A DNA stretch of 64,000 nucleotides, from positions 224,001 through 288,000 of the forward strand of contig JBGAHS010000005.1 in NCBI GenBank assembly GCA_044226015.1. The letters are read 5' to 3'. This DNA is from Candidatus Obscuribacteraceae bacterium (GTDB taxonomy: Bacteria > Cyanobacteriota > Vampirovibrionia > Obscuribacterales > Obscuribacteraceae). This document shows positions 9,615 to 19,268 of the stretch, one piece after another. The notes under the pieces are model-generated. The model was not told where the DNA came from. It made no database searches and worked only from the letters and a program-made list of their open reading frames with translations. How positions within the stretch are numbered: the stretch's first letter is position 1; each line of letters starts with the position of its first letter. Both the position numbers and the translations under genes were made by a program.

Positions 9615-10322
9615 TCAACGTGGTATCTTCTGCAGTGCGCTATCAATATAGCTCATTAGCCCATCTGCATTGGTGCCACCAGAAAATCTCGTTATTTGCT
9701 TTCCTTTGGAATCAGCAAAAATGGTGGTAGGAAATCCTGTGACACCATATTTTGCTAACAGTTGTTGGTTCTGTGCTTCTTCGCCATCTAGACGTTTGAA
9801 TTCACAGCTTGCGCCATACTTATTGCTGCGTTGCACCTGGTCGAAAACTGGGTCGAATATTTTGCAAACTCTGCACCACTTAGTACTGAATTCGATGATT
9901 TTGATCTTACCCCTGGCGAAGTCACCAGTTTGTGGAACGCGAGCTTGAGTCGCCAGGTTGCTTGTAACACTTGCACTCTGGGCTGGCGGCTTATAGTGTG
10001 CCAGAAAATTTAAACCCTGTTGAGCCTGGGCTTTTAGCTTCGGATTCGTGCTGTTGCTGAGCAACCACTGATATTCCAAGTTAGCTGGACCAACCTTACC
10101 CAAGTTCTGGTAGCAGAGAGCGAGATAGTAGTGGCAAGATGGGTCGCGAGGCAAAGTTCTGGCGACATTCTGAAAGCCTTCCAGCGCTGTCGTGAATTTT
10201 CTTGCTGCAAAATCTTGCTGCGCCTTAGCGTAAACTTGAGCTTCGTTAGCAGCCAGGGAAGGCAAACACATTCCGCCCGCAGCAACTATAGCTAACGAAA
10301 TCAGTATAAGTGGACGCTCCAT
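9615..10322 (-). CDS. Secreted TPR plus thioredoxin-domain protein
   Basis: Signal peptide ending SLAA, short TPR (HYYLALCYQNLG), thioredoxin fold with WCRVC and cis-Pro motif GFPT. Confidence 0.85.
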   Translation of the reverse strand: MERPLILISLAIVAAGGMCLPSLAANEAQVYAKAQQDFAARKFTTALEGFQNVARTLPRDPSCHYYLALCYQNLGKVGPANLEYQWLLSNSTNPKLKAQAQQGLNFLAHYKPPAQSASVTSNLATQARVPQTGDFARGKIKIIEFSTKWCRVCKIFDPVFDQVQRSNKYGASCEFKRLDGEEAQNQQLLAKYGVTGFPTTIFADSKGKQITRFSGGTNADGLMSYIDSALQKIPR

Positions 10323-10587
10323 AGTTTCCTCCAGGAAAGCTACCTATGTTTTGCCCACCAGAAGACACTTTTCTCTAGTATTGACCCGTTTGAGCTGCAA
10401 GTACGCAGGCTAGTGCTGTCTGCAAGACGCAAAGCCAGCAACACGTATAAAGAAGAATTTTTGTCTTCATGCTCACCTCGAAATCCCTACAATAATTCTA
10501 AACGGGTTTCTAAGATCACAAGAGAAAATTCCTTGTTGTTTAAACTGGCAAAAAATATCGGACTTTCTGCCGTGCTAATATCTGCCA

Positions 10588-11727
10588 ATGATTGATTTGA
10601 AGTTTGAAATTGTTGCTGAATGTCAATGGTCAGGTGCGCGAGCTGGTAAGTTCAGCACACCGCACGGCGATGTGTTGACGCCAGTCTTTATGCCGGTTGG
10701 TACGCAGTCAACCGTAAAAGCAATGACGTGGGATCAGGTTGAAGCTTGTGGCTCGCAGATAGTTCTGGGAAATTCCTATCATCTTTATTTGCGACCGGGG
10801 CACAAGTTGGTTCAGTCTGCGGGCGGCTTGCACGGGTTTCAGTCCTGGCAAAAGCCAATTCTGACTGACTCTGGTGGCTTCCAGGTTTTCAGTCTGGAAG
10901 AGCTGCGAACTATTACGGACACTGGCGTTGCGTTCAAAGACCATCTGAGCGGGCAAGAGCACTTCATCGGACCAGCGAAGTCCATGGAAATTCAAAACGC
11001 TCTTGGTGCCGATATTATCATGGCTTTCGACGAGTGCGTCAAAAATCCCGCAACTCACGAAGAAGCCGAGAATGCCATGAAGCGAACGCACGACTGGCTT
11101 GCGCTCTGCGTGAAAGAGCATTCTCGCCCGAATGATCAGGCGTTATTTGGAATAGTTCAAGGAAGCATATACGAAGACTTGCGAAGAGAGTCAGCTCGTG
11201 TTGTTTGCAGTTTCGACCTTCCGGGCTTCGCCATCGGCGGTGTAGCTGTCGGGGAAGATCGCGCGATGATCGAGAAAATAAGCAAGTTCACCGCACCACT
11301 CTTGCCGCGCAATAAGCCGCGATATCTCATGGGTGTTGGAACTCCGTGGGACATCTTGCATGCTGTGTATTGCGGCATAGACATGTTCGATTGTGTTTTG
11401 CCTACGCGCCTTGCCCGTCACGGAGCGGCATTTACAAATGATGGCAGAGTGTCTCTGAAGAACTCGCGCTTCAGAACTGACTTCAACCCAGTTCAAGAAG
11501 GTTGTGAGTGCTTCACCTGCACAAGGCACAGTGCTGCTTACCTCCATCATTTAGTACACGTGAAAGAAATGACTGCAGCGACTCTGCTTTCAATTCACAA
11601 CACACATCATTTGTTGAAAGAGTCGAATGCCTGCAGGCAGGCTATTATTGACGGGCGTTTCCGCGATTACTTTGAGCAGCACAAAGCAAACAAAATAAAA
11701 GACGCTTCTTCAAAGGTAGATGCCTGA
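10588..11727 (+). CDS. tgt: Queuine tRNA-ribosyltransferase
   Basis: TPVFMPVGT, TDSGGFQVFSL, GIVQG, DMFDCVLPTR, Zn-binding CECFTC..H. Confidence 0.98.
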   Translation: MIDLKFEIVAECQWSGARAGKFSTPHGDVLTPVFMPVGTQSTVKAMTWDQVEACGSQIVLGNSYHLYLRPGHKLVQSAGGLHGFQSWQKPILTDSGGFQVFSLEELRTITDTGVAFKDHLSGQEHFIGPAKSMEIQNALGADIIMAFDECVKNPATHEEAENAMKRTHDWLALCVKEHSRPNDQALFGIVQGSIYEDLRRESARVVCSFDLPGFAIGGVAVGEDRAMIEKISKFTAPLLPRNKPRYLMGVGTPWDILHAVYCGIDMFDCVLPTRLARHGAAFTNDGRVSLKNSRFRTDFNPVQEGCECFTCTRHSAAYLHHLVHVKEMTAATLLSIHNTHHLLKESNACRQAIIDGRFRDYFEQHKANKIKDASSKVDA

Positions 11728-11734
11728 GCCTTAC

Positions 11735-12250
11735 TCAGTCCTTTTTCATCGCCGCCTTGAGCTTTTGCAATTCTTCTTCCAGCGCGTCGATTTGCTGGCT
11801 CTGCTCAAACTTTCTTTCGCTATCTCTCGCCTCAGAGCCGAGCTTGGCTTCAATTTCTTGCGCTTGCACCTTATGCTCAAGGCGCTCCATCGCACCCGAT
11901 GAGTTTTCGCTAGCCGCTAGCGCTGCAGCCGCTCCGCTGGGGCTTGCCGTGAAGCGTCTTGCCTCAAGGCGAGTCAAGTCCTTGCGGAGGTTGCCAGAAA
12001 AATCTTTCTGCGACATTTGCTCAACCGTGATATCGTTTTTTCGCTTTATTTGCTGCGCTACGCGTTGCTCGGCCTGGGTCGCAAGTTCTTCTTGATTGTT
12101 TTCTCGCGCCATTTTTGCGCGAGCTTCCCAGCCGCGAAATGCTTCATCGACTTTCTTCATTTCCGTTTCGAGCTGCTTCTCGACAGCGATGGAACTGATA
12201 AGTGCCTGCCGCACTTTAGCCAGTTCTTGCTCGAAGTCTTCATTTATCAT
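11735..12250 (-). CDS. Short PspA/IM30-family protein
   Basis: Aligns by eye to the adjacent PspA (VRQALISSIAVEKQLE, WEARAKMA, ELATQA, MERLEHKV, LEEELQKLK); lacks the N-terminal amphipathic helix. Confidence 0.8.
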   Translation of the reverse strand: MINEDFEQELAKVRQALISSIAVEKQLETEMKKVDEAFRGWEARAKMARENNQEELATQAEQRVAQQIKRKNDITVEQMSQKDFSGNLRKDLTRLEARRFTASPSGAAAALAASENSSGAMERLEHKVQAQEIEAKLGSEARDSERKFEQSQQIDALEEELQKLKAAMKKD

Positions 12251-12258
12251 TTTGAAGA

Positions 12259-13005
12259 CTACTTGCCTTCGTCTTCCATATCAACGATTTCGTTGGCATC
12301 GACCAGTACAGGTTCTTTCTGCTTGGAGGAATCGCCAGTGATCAGTTTTTGTCCGCCGCCAGTGTTGCCCTTCAAAGCCATGAGCTCGGCTTCGATGTCA
12401 ACCTGTCCTTCAAAGCTCTTGAACTTCTTATCGAGCTGGTCAGAACTCAATTCAGCCAGGGCTGCAGCCTTAGACTCACGCTCAAGTACCTTCTGTTCCA
12501 TCTTATCGATGACTGAAAGAGCACCATCGGCGGTTGATTTCGACAAAATTTCGTTTGCTTTTGAAGTTGCCTGCGCTGCTTTGTCGCGCGCGATGAGAAC
12601 TTGCTTCTTTGTATAAGCCTTTTGCACTTCGCCTTCCAGCTCTGTAAGGCGCTGGCGAAGGGTGTTGGTGGCTTCTTTCTGCGACTTCAATTGAACTTCG
12701 AGGTCGTTCGCCGCCTGCTGATATTGCTGTTTGCGTTGCAAAGCCTGGCGAGCGAGGTCGTCATTGCCTTGCTGAACTGCCATCTGAGCACGATTTTGCC
12801 AGGTTTGTGCCTGGTCTTTGTTCTTTTGCAATTGCTGTTCAAGCTGCTTTTCAGTGGCAATTGCTTGAGCGACTGCCTGTCGAACTTGAATCAAATTATT
12901 TTGGAGGTCCTGATACGTCTGTTCGAGCATCATCTCCGGGTCTTCCATTTTACCCATGAGGCTGTTGAAGAATGCCTTTACCAGGGAGGCAAGACGCGTG
13001 AACAT
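12259..13005 (-). CDS. pspA: PspA/IM30 (Vipp1-like) family protein
   Basis: MFTRLASLVKA..EDPEMMLEQ, DDLARQALQRK, DKMEQKV, DIEAELMALK; ~35-aa C-terminal tail. Confidence 0.93.
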   Translation of the reverse strand: MFTRLASLVKAFFNSLMGKMEDPEMMLEQTYQDLQNNLIQVRQAVAQAIATEKQLEQQLQKNKDQAQTWQNRAQMAVQQGNDDLARQALQRKQQYQQAANDLEVQLKSQKEATNTLRQRLTELEGEVQKAYTKKQVLIARDKAAQATSKANEILSKSTADGALSVIDKMEQKVLERESKAAALAELSSDQLDKKFKSFEGQVDIEAELMALKGNTGGGQKLITGDSSKQKEPVLVDANEIVDMEDEGK

Positions 13006-13315
13006 TTTTCGGAACTCCTTCCTTACAACGATGTGCTTGGCTGCCTACACAACTAATCAAATAGTTTAGCAAAGAGCCACTTAATCTTATGCCCAGATTT
13101 TGCTATTCAACTTGTATTTAGTCGCTTCTTTACGTGGCATCCCGCAATATTAACTCAGCTAGATTAAATCGGGGAACCTTCTTTCGGATTTTCCATCATC
13201 CAATAAACGACACAAAGATCCCTCAGGGCTATAAAATGAAATATAGCAAGCTTTGTCAGAGCTTGCCAAACAGCAGAGACCTTCTAAGTCTGATAGACAG
13301 TTCAGAGGAAACGTT

Positions 13316-13735
13316 ATGGCACAAAGCGATTCAGACTTGAAAAGAGCAATGTTTACTGTTAGTGATGCTGTTCTTGGAGCCGCTGTGCTCCTTGCAATCG
13401 GGGTTTACGCAGGTTCATGGTTGGACAAGCAGTTGAACTGCTCCCCGTTTTGCTCAGTGGGCTTGGCTTTGCTGGGTGGAAGCATCGGTTTATATCGCAT
13501 GGTAGTCAAAGCCCGAGGGCTTGATACTGGCGGTTCTGGCAAGTTGCCAAAGGCGATTGGCTATGACGACAAAGACAAAGGAGAGTCATGGTCCTTTGCT
13601 AAGGGGTCTAGCTGCACTGGCGGGGCAGAAAGTTCGTCCTCTGCTCAGCTTGAACCCGACGCTGACGTGGCGCCCAGGGCGGCTAAAGAATTTGACACGA
13701 CGAAACAACGCATGCCCTACGACGATTTTGAATAG
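13316..13735 (+). CDS. AtpZ/AtpI-family membrane protein
   Basis: GVYAGSWLDKQL..P..GLALLGGSIGLY two-TM pattern; ATG 13316 follows GAGG; upstream of the atp genes. Confidence 0.75.
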   Translation: MAQSDSDLKRAMFTVSDAVLGAAVLLAIGVYAGSWLDKQLNCSPFCSVGLALLGGSIGLYRMVVKARGLDTGGSGKLPKAIGYDDKDKGESWSFAKGSSCTGGAESSSSAQLEPDADVAPRAAKEFDTTKQRMPYDDFE

Positions 13736-13926
13736 TCCGGTCAATTTTTGGTATTCAAATTCGCAACCTTTAATAGATTGATTTCAGGGATTATCTTGAA
13801 ATCTTTACAGATGGTCAGCTGAAAACTTGTCAGCTTTTGTCACGAAAACAAGAAGCGTGTCCGCATTCTCTCCAAAGCGAAAAGCTTTTTTCAAGCGCAT
13901 GCGTCTGTCCAGCTGCAAATTAATCA

Positions 13927-14035
13927 GGCAAGCGAATGGGCAAGCGAATCGGACACATCGAATCGGGCACATCGAATCGGCTCATAAATGGGTGCAGAGA
14001 ATTCGGCACGTAAACAGCAAACGAATCGGCACGGT
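13927..14035. repeat. Degenerate 12-14 bp tandem repeat (GGGCACATCGAATC-like)
   Basis: GGCAAGCGAATG, GGCAAGCGAATC, GGACACATCGAATC, GGGCACATCGAATC, then decaying copies. Confidence 0.75.
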
Positions 14036-14116
14036 ATTGGGCATAGCAAGTTCATCTTCTTGAGGCTATAGTTGCACATCGATCGCCGCTAGTTCACAGA
14101 TGATGCCGGGTTTTAA

Positions 14117-14596
14117 ATGAAAATCGTCGTTCCAACAATTTTTTTGCTGCTCTTATTTTTCACGGCAATCAGTGTGGATGCGGAAACTGAGAATAAAGCC
14201 AGCCAGATTTTTAACCCGGAACTGGCACGTAAGGTGCTTGGTGCCCCAGTCATAGCCAGTTTGACAAACAAGATGAATGACACTCATATGGGCAAAATTT
14301 GGGTAAGCAATGCCGCATATTCAGCGAATGGCAATCGAGCAGACGTTTTGATAAGGCACGCTAGCGATAGAGCTGAAGCTTTGAAAACATACAATCGAAG
14401 TCGCGAAATTTATCATGGCGAAAATTTGTCGGGATTTGCTGATGCGGCGTTTTTTAGTGATGAGACGACGCCACGACTGAACATTTTGAAGGGGCAGAAT
14501 TGGATAATCATCACCGTGCGGTTAAGAGCCGCTAATGCTGATAAATCCGCCCAAAAAAAACTTGCAAGCGAAATTTTGCCGTTGATCAATTTTTGA
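14117..14596 (+). CDS. Secreted hypothetical protein
   Basis: Signal peptide MKIVVPTIFLLLLFFTAISVDA; 159 aa. Confidence 0.75.
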   Translation: MKIVVPTIFLLLLFFTAISVDAETENKASQIFNPELARKVLGAPVIASLTNKMNDTHMGKIWVSNAAYSANGNRADVLIRHASDRAEALKTYNRSREIYHGENLSGFADAAFFSDETTPRLNILKGQNWIIITVRLRAANADKSAQKKLASEILPLINF

Positions 14597-14947
14597 AGAT
14601 ATCGCTTTGATATCAGACAAATTGATGTCATGCGGTGAGGCGCATTTTAAGCCAGTTTGACAACATCGATGTCGACAAAAACTCTCTTCTGCTTGCTTCA
14701 TTTTTTGTCTCGAAAACTCCAAATTAAATCGTTCAAAACTTCGATGGAAGCGTCCATTCAAATTTCGCTAAACTTGTCTGTAAGCCAGTCATAGAGATCA
14801 GCAGCGCAGGCTAAATTCCATCTAAAGCATGCCACTGTAACATCTCAGACACATAGATCCTAAAGATGGTGTTGCTGTAAGGGGCGAGCATGGGTCTTGC
14901 TGATATCATGGCGGGCGATTGAATCCCGACGGAAAACGCGGTCAAAG

Positions 14948-15697
14948 ATGCTTGGAAAAAATCTACCTCTCAGTTACTTCTCTCATGATGCCGGAATGCA
15001 GAGCAACTTTTTGGGCATTCCCCAGCTCGGTCATGTAGGAGACATACATATCGATACGCTGGTGTTGAGCTGGACATGCATGGGCTTCATACTTGTAGCC
15101 GCTGCAATCATCACGCCGACACTCACTTCGGATGGACCTGGTGGCAAAGGTCAGGCTGTTCTTGAAGGTATCTACACTTTTATCGAAGACCTCTGCAAAG
15201 GTCAGATGGGGCACCACTACAAGCCGTTCTTCCCATTGATTGCAGCAATCTTCCTCTTCGTGCTCTGCGCGAACTTTATTGGTATCGGACCGTGGCTCTA
15301 TTTCGAACATGGAATGGCGAACTGGCCCGTGGTCAACGGCGAGCACTTCGAAGTTTGCTCACCAACAACCGATTTCAACGTAACTTTTGGTCTCGCTTCA
15401 ATAGCGTTGATCGTTTATTTCTTCTCTGGTTTCTGGGCTCATGGTGTTAACTACGCCAAACTCTATGTCAATCCGATTGAGTGGATGGACCTTGTAATTC
15501 GCCCAGCAACACTCGCACTTCGTCTTATGATGGTTATTACCGCAGACGAATTGATGCGTGCAGCAGCACTAATGATGGTGCCAGTACTTCTGCCGACAGG
15601 AGTCATGGCATTCGAAATGTTTATCGGTATCATTCAAGCCTTCGTATTTGCTCTTTTAACAAGCATCTACATTGGCTTAACTGTATCGCATCACTAA
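14948..15697 (+). CDS. atpB: F0F1 ATP synthase subunit a
   Basis: PTTDFNVTFGLA, RPATLALRL (essential Arg), IQAFVFALLTSIYI; start uncertain (14897/14948/14996). Confidence 0.95.
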   Translation: MLGKNLPLSYFSHDAGMQSNFLGIPQLGHVGDIHIDTLVLSWTCMGFILVAAAIITPTLTSDGPGGKGQAVLEGIYTFIEDLCKGQMGHHYKPFFPLIAAIFLFVLCANFIGIGPWLYFEHGMANWPVVNGEHFEVCSPTTDFNVTFGLASIALIVYFFSGFWAHGVNYAKLYVNPIEWMDLVIRPATLALRLMMVITADELMRAAALMMVPVLLPTGVMAFEMFIGIIQAFVFALLTSIYIGLTVSHH

Positions 15698-15762
15698 TCA
15701 CATTGATTTTTGTCCAAAACTGTATTTGAAACTGTAACTTAGTAAAACGAAGGAGTAGCAAG

Positions 15763-16101
15763 GTGGAACCCACATTAATCGCACAAGCCGCAGGCGTTGA
15801 TAGCGTAACCATGATTAAGGCCGCAGCACTTGTCGGATCCGGAATTGCCGCAGTTGGCGTTATCGGACCTGGTATCGGTATCGGTGTCGCCGGTTCAAGA
15901 GCACTTGAAGGAATGGCACGTCAACCAGAAATGGCTACAAAATTGCTCGTTAATGCAATCATCATCGCAGCACTTATGGAAGCTCTTGGTCTTCTGGCAT
16001 TCGTTATCGCAATTCAGTTGTTCCAATTCGGTTCAGCAAAAGAAGAAGCTCATGCAACCGGCATGGTAACTCCCCCAGCAATCGTAAGGCAGATTGGCTA
16101 A
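15763..16101 (+). CDS. atpE: F0F1 ATP synthase subunit c, with N- and C-terminal extensions
   Basis: GPGIGIG, ARQPE loop, proton-binding Glu in LMEAL; AAGGAG RBS before GTG. Confidence 0.96.
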   Translation: MEPTLIAQAAGVDSVTMIKAAALVGSGIAAVGVIGPGIGIGVAGSRALEGMARQPEMATKLLVNAIIIAALMEALGLLAFVIAIQLFQFGSAKEEAHATGMVTPPAIVRQIG

Positions 16102-16104
16102 TCC

Positions 16105-16578
16105 ATGTTTGTACCAAACGGCACACTTGTCATATTCGTAGTTAGCTTTCTCGTATTCATGTACCTTCTGGATATGATCATGCTGAAGCCAGTCGGAAAG
16201 GCTATCCAAAAGCGCCAGGAAAAGGCGAAGGCGGACCTTGAAGCTGCTAAGCAGGCTCGTCAGCAGGCATCAGGAATGCTTGAAGGCTACGAAGCGGATT
16301 TGAAGCGCACTCGTAGCGAGGCGCACGCAGCAATGACTACCGCCGTTGCAACTGCAAACAAAGAGAAGTCTGACACTCTGGCGCGAGTCCAAAAAGATGG
16401 ACTCGTCAAATTGGAAAACGCGAAAGCTGCAATCGCTACTGAGCGTGAACAGCTTATCGACGAGCTAGTTGTGCACGAGAAGGAACTTGTTGAGGCTATC
16501 ACCCAGAAAATTCTGGGAGAGCCAGTGGCAGTTCATTTAGATGCAAGCAAGGTTCGTAAGAATCTCGAGGAGACATAA
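16105..16578 (+). CDS. F0F1 ATP synthase subunit b'
   Basis: PNGTL.. TM helix then KPV...R and a coiled coil; lies between c and b. Confidence 0.9.
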   Translation: MFVPNGTLVIFVVSFLVFMYLLDMIMLKPVGKAIQKRQEKAKADLEAAKQARQQASGMLEGYEADLKRTRSEAHAAMTTAVATANKEKSDTLARVQKDGLVKLENAKAAIATEREQLIDELVVHEKELVEAITQKILGEPVAVHLDASKVRKNLEET

Positions 16579-16580
16579 AA

Positions 16581-17075
16581 GTGGAAGGTTTGAACCATTT
16601 ATTTGAAAACAACCTGATCAACTGGATTCTCCTCATGGGGATACTCATCTATATGTGGATGAAAATCACCCCGGGAATCTTCGCCGCAAGAGAAGAGAGA
16701 ATCAAAGCTTCGCTTTCTGAAGCTGAAAAAGCAAGGAAAGAAAGCGAAGAGTTCGCCAAGCAGCAGCAAGCAGTTATTGCTAACGCTGAAGACGAACTGA
16801 AAAAGATTCTGGAAGACGGAAAGCAAGTTGCAGCAACCATGGCAGCTGAGATCAGAAAGCAGACTGAGAATGAAGAAAAGTCTCTCAGGCAGCGTATCGA
16901 TCAGCAGATTGCCGCTGAGCAGCAGCAAGCCATCACAGAAATGCGCAGCCGTGCAGCAACGGTCGCGCTACGCTTGGCGGAAGCTAGCCTTCCTGGTGCC
17001 ATCACCGACAGTGCCAAGGGCAGACTGCTCAATGAATTCGTTGAACAACTCGAAACCGGTGGAATCAAGAAATGA
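16581..17075 (+). CDS. atpF: F0F1 ATP synthase subunit b
   Basis: FENNLINWILL TM, REERIKASLSEAE coiled coil; cyanobacteria-like N-terminus. Confidence 0.92.
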   Translation: MEGLNHLFENNLINWILLMGILIYMWMKITPGIFAAREERIKASLSEAEKARKESEEFAKQQQAVIANAEDELKKILEDGKQVAATMAAEIRKQTENEEKSLRQRIDQQIAAEQQQAITEMRSRAATVALRLAEASLPGAITDSAKGRLLNEFVEQLETGGIKK

Positions 17076-17614
17076 AGAGTGATGAAAGAAGCTCAGCAGT
17101 TCAGTACGCTAATGCACTGCTTCAGCTGACCAATGAATTTGGTGGTGCTGAAGAGGTTTACACAAACCTGGAAACAGTTAGCCGAGTATTGGAAGCTGAG
17201 CCAGAACTGATGGTTCTCTTCAGGCATCCCGCAATAAGCTCAACTGAGAAAGAAAAATGTCTCAATGAGTTCAGCGAAAATATGGACAAGCTGTCAGGCA
17301 GACTTTTGCACATTCTTTGTGAACGTCGCAAACTTCACTTGCTTGAAGCCATCGTGACTGAGTTCAAACAACTGCTCTTGAACAAACACAATATTGTTCA
17401 AGGCGTGCTCATAAGCGCAGACCATATGGATGATGAATCCGTCAAAAACATACAAAGTCGTCTCGTTGCCAAGCTTGGCAAACGAGTTCAATTAGCAGTT
17501 GAAATTGATAAATCGCTAATTGGTGGCTACATACTGAGAATCGGTGACCAGGTCATTGATGGCAGTTTGAAGGGTCGCCTGCAGGGTATCGAAAAGGCTC
17601 TGCTAGCAGTTTAA
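17072..17614 (+). CDS. atpH: F1 ATP synthase subunit delta
   Basis: YANALL, IDKSLIGG..RIGDQVIDGSLKGRL. Confidence 0.96.
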   Translation: MKSDERSSAVQYANALLQLTNEFGGAEEVYTNLETVSRVLEAEPELMVLFRHPAISSTEKEKCLNEFSENMDKLSGRLLHILCERRKLHLLEAIVTEFKQLLLNKHNIVQGVLISADHMDDESVKNIQSRLVAKLGKRVQLAVEIDKSLIGGYILRIGDQVIDGSLKGRLQGIEKALLAV

Positions 17615-17657
17615 GTGTAATGCGCGCTGGAACGTAAAATCGCTAGAGGATTAAGAC

Positions 17658-19196
17658 ATGACAATCAAACCGGAAGAGATAACCTCAGTTCTGAAAAAGC
17701 AACTGAAGGACTATCAAGCAAGCCTCGCAGTAACCAATGTGGGAAGCGTGCTTCAGGTAGGTGATGGTATCTCCCGTATTTATGGTCTCGAAAAAGCAAT
17801 GGCTGGTGAACTTGTCGAATTCGACGACACTGAGCACACCATGGGCATGGTTTTGAACCTTGAAGAAGACAACGTAGGGGTTGTAATTCTCGGTTCAGGT
17901 AGAACTTTGACTGAAGGAATGAGCGTTAAGACCACAGGTCGTATCGCTTCGTTGCCTGTAGGAAAAGGACTTCTCGGACGTGTTATCGATCCTCTTGGTC
18001 ATCCTATCGACGGCAAAGGGCCGATTGCTCAGTCAGCAGAAAGCCCACTCGAATACGTTCCAATCGAAAAGAAAGCACCTGGTATCATCGCTCGTCAATC
18101 AGTTTGCGAACCTTTGATGACAGGTATCGCGGCAATCGACGGAATGATTCCAATCGGACGTGGACAGCGCGAGTTGATCATTGGTGACCGTCAAACTGGT
18201 AAAACAGCAGTTGCCATCGACACCATCATCAACCAGAAAAATCAGCCGAATCGTCCAGTTTGTGTTTACGTAGCAATCGGTCAGAAAGAATCAACCGTTG
18301 CTCGTATTCAGAAAGTATTGGAAGATAACGGAGCTATGGAATACTCCGTTATCGTAAGCGCTCCTGCAACAGCAGCACCAGCGCTTCAGTTCCTCGCTCC
18401 ATTCTCCGGTGCAGCTATCGGTGAATACTTCATGGAAAGAGGACAGCACGCACTCAATGTGTATGATGACCTTTCGAAGCACGCTGCAGCATACCGCGCA
18501 ATGTCACTACTTCTTCGTCGTCCACCAGGTCGTGAAGCTTACCCTGGAGACGTATTCTATTTGCATAGCCGTCTTCTTGAGCGCGCTTCCAAGTTGTCAG
18601 ACAAATTGGGTGCTGGTTCATTAACAGCTCTGCCAATCATCGAAACACAAGCTGGCGACGTATCCGCATACATCCCAACAAACGTTATCTCGATTACTGA
18701 CGGGCAAATCTTCCTTGAGACAGACTTGTTCTACGCTGGTATCAGACCTGCTATCAACGCAGGTATCTCGGTTAGCCGTGTAGGTGGTGCTGCTCAAACC
18801 AAAGCAATGAAGATGGTTGCTGGTAAGTTGCGTCTCGACCTTGCACAATTCAGAGAATTGGAAGCATTCGTTCAGTTCGCATCAGACCTCGATAAGGCTA
18901 CGCAAGACCAGATTCGTCGTGGTCAAAAGCTCATCGAAATCTTGAAGCAACCACAGTACAATCCGCTGTCTCTTGCGCAGCAAGTGTCACTCATCTACGC
19001 TGCTAACAACGGTGTTCTTGATGACGTAGATAACAAAGAAATCTCTCGCTTCAAAGTTGAGTGGGTTAAGTACCTATCTGCAAGCGCAAACGGAGTCGAA
19101 TCCAAGCTTAACGCTGGCAATAAGCCCAACGAAGCAGAAGAGAAGGAATTGCTCGAGCATCTCAACAAGTTCAAGAACAACTTCTTCAAGAAGTAA
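17658..19196 (+). CDS. atpA: F1 ATP synthase subunit alpha
   Basis: [42 protein letters not shown]. Confidence 0.99.
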   Translation: MTIKPEEITSVLKKQLKDYQASLAVTNVGSVLQVGDGISRIYGLEKAMAGELVEFDDTEHTMGMVLNLEEDNVGVVILGSGRTLTEGMSVKTTGRIASLPVGKGLLGRVIDPLGHPIDGKGPIAQSAESPLEYVPIEKKAPGIIARQSVCEPLMTGIAAIDGMIPIGRGQRELIIGDRQTGKTAVAIDTIINQKNQPNRPVCVYVAIGQKESTVARIQKVLEDNGAMEYSVIVSAPATAAPALQFLAPFSGAAIGEYFMERGQHALNVYDDLSKHAAAYRAMSLLLRRPPGREAYPGDVFYLHSRLLERASKLSDKLGAGSLTALPIIETQAGDVSAYIPTNVISITDGQIFLETDLFYAGIRPAINAGISVSRVGGAAQTKAMKMVAGKLRLDLAQFRELEAFVQFASDLDKATQDQIRRGQKLIEILKQPQYNPLSLAQQVSLIYAANNGVLDDVDNKEISRFKVEWVKYLSASANGVESKLNAGNKPNEAEEKELLEHLNKFKNNFFKK

Positions 19197-19209
19197 ATTG
19201 AACTCACCG

Positions 19210-19232
19210 GGGGTGGTGCGTACCACCCCTTT
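19210..19232 (+). terminator. Intergenic hairpin between atpA and atpG (attenuator or stabiliser)
   Basis: GGGGTGGT-GCGT-ACCACCCC followed by TTT. Confidence 0.55.
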
Positions 19233-19268
19233 GTATAAAGAGACACAGTTTTAAGAGAAGAGCAGGAA

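Noticed and set aside
13827..14063. 78-aa ORF across the 12-14 bp repeat
   Set aside because: Weak start, repeat unit not a constant multiple of three, sequence not protein-like.
15763..16101. Na+-translocating ATP synthase or N-ATPase
   Set aside because: Subunit c lacks the Gln and ES(T) Na+ ligands, and the gene order is not the N-ATPase order.
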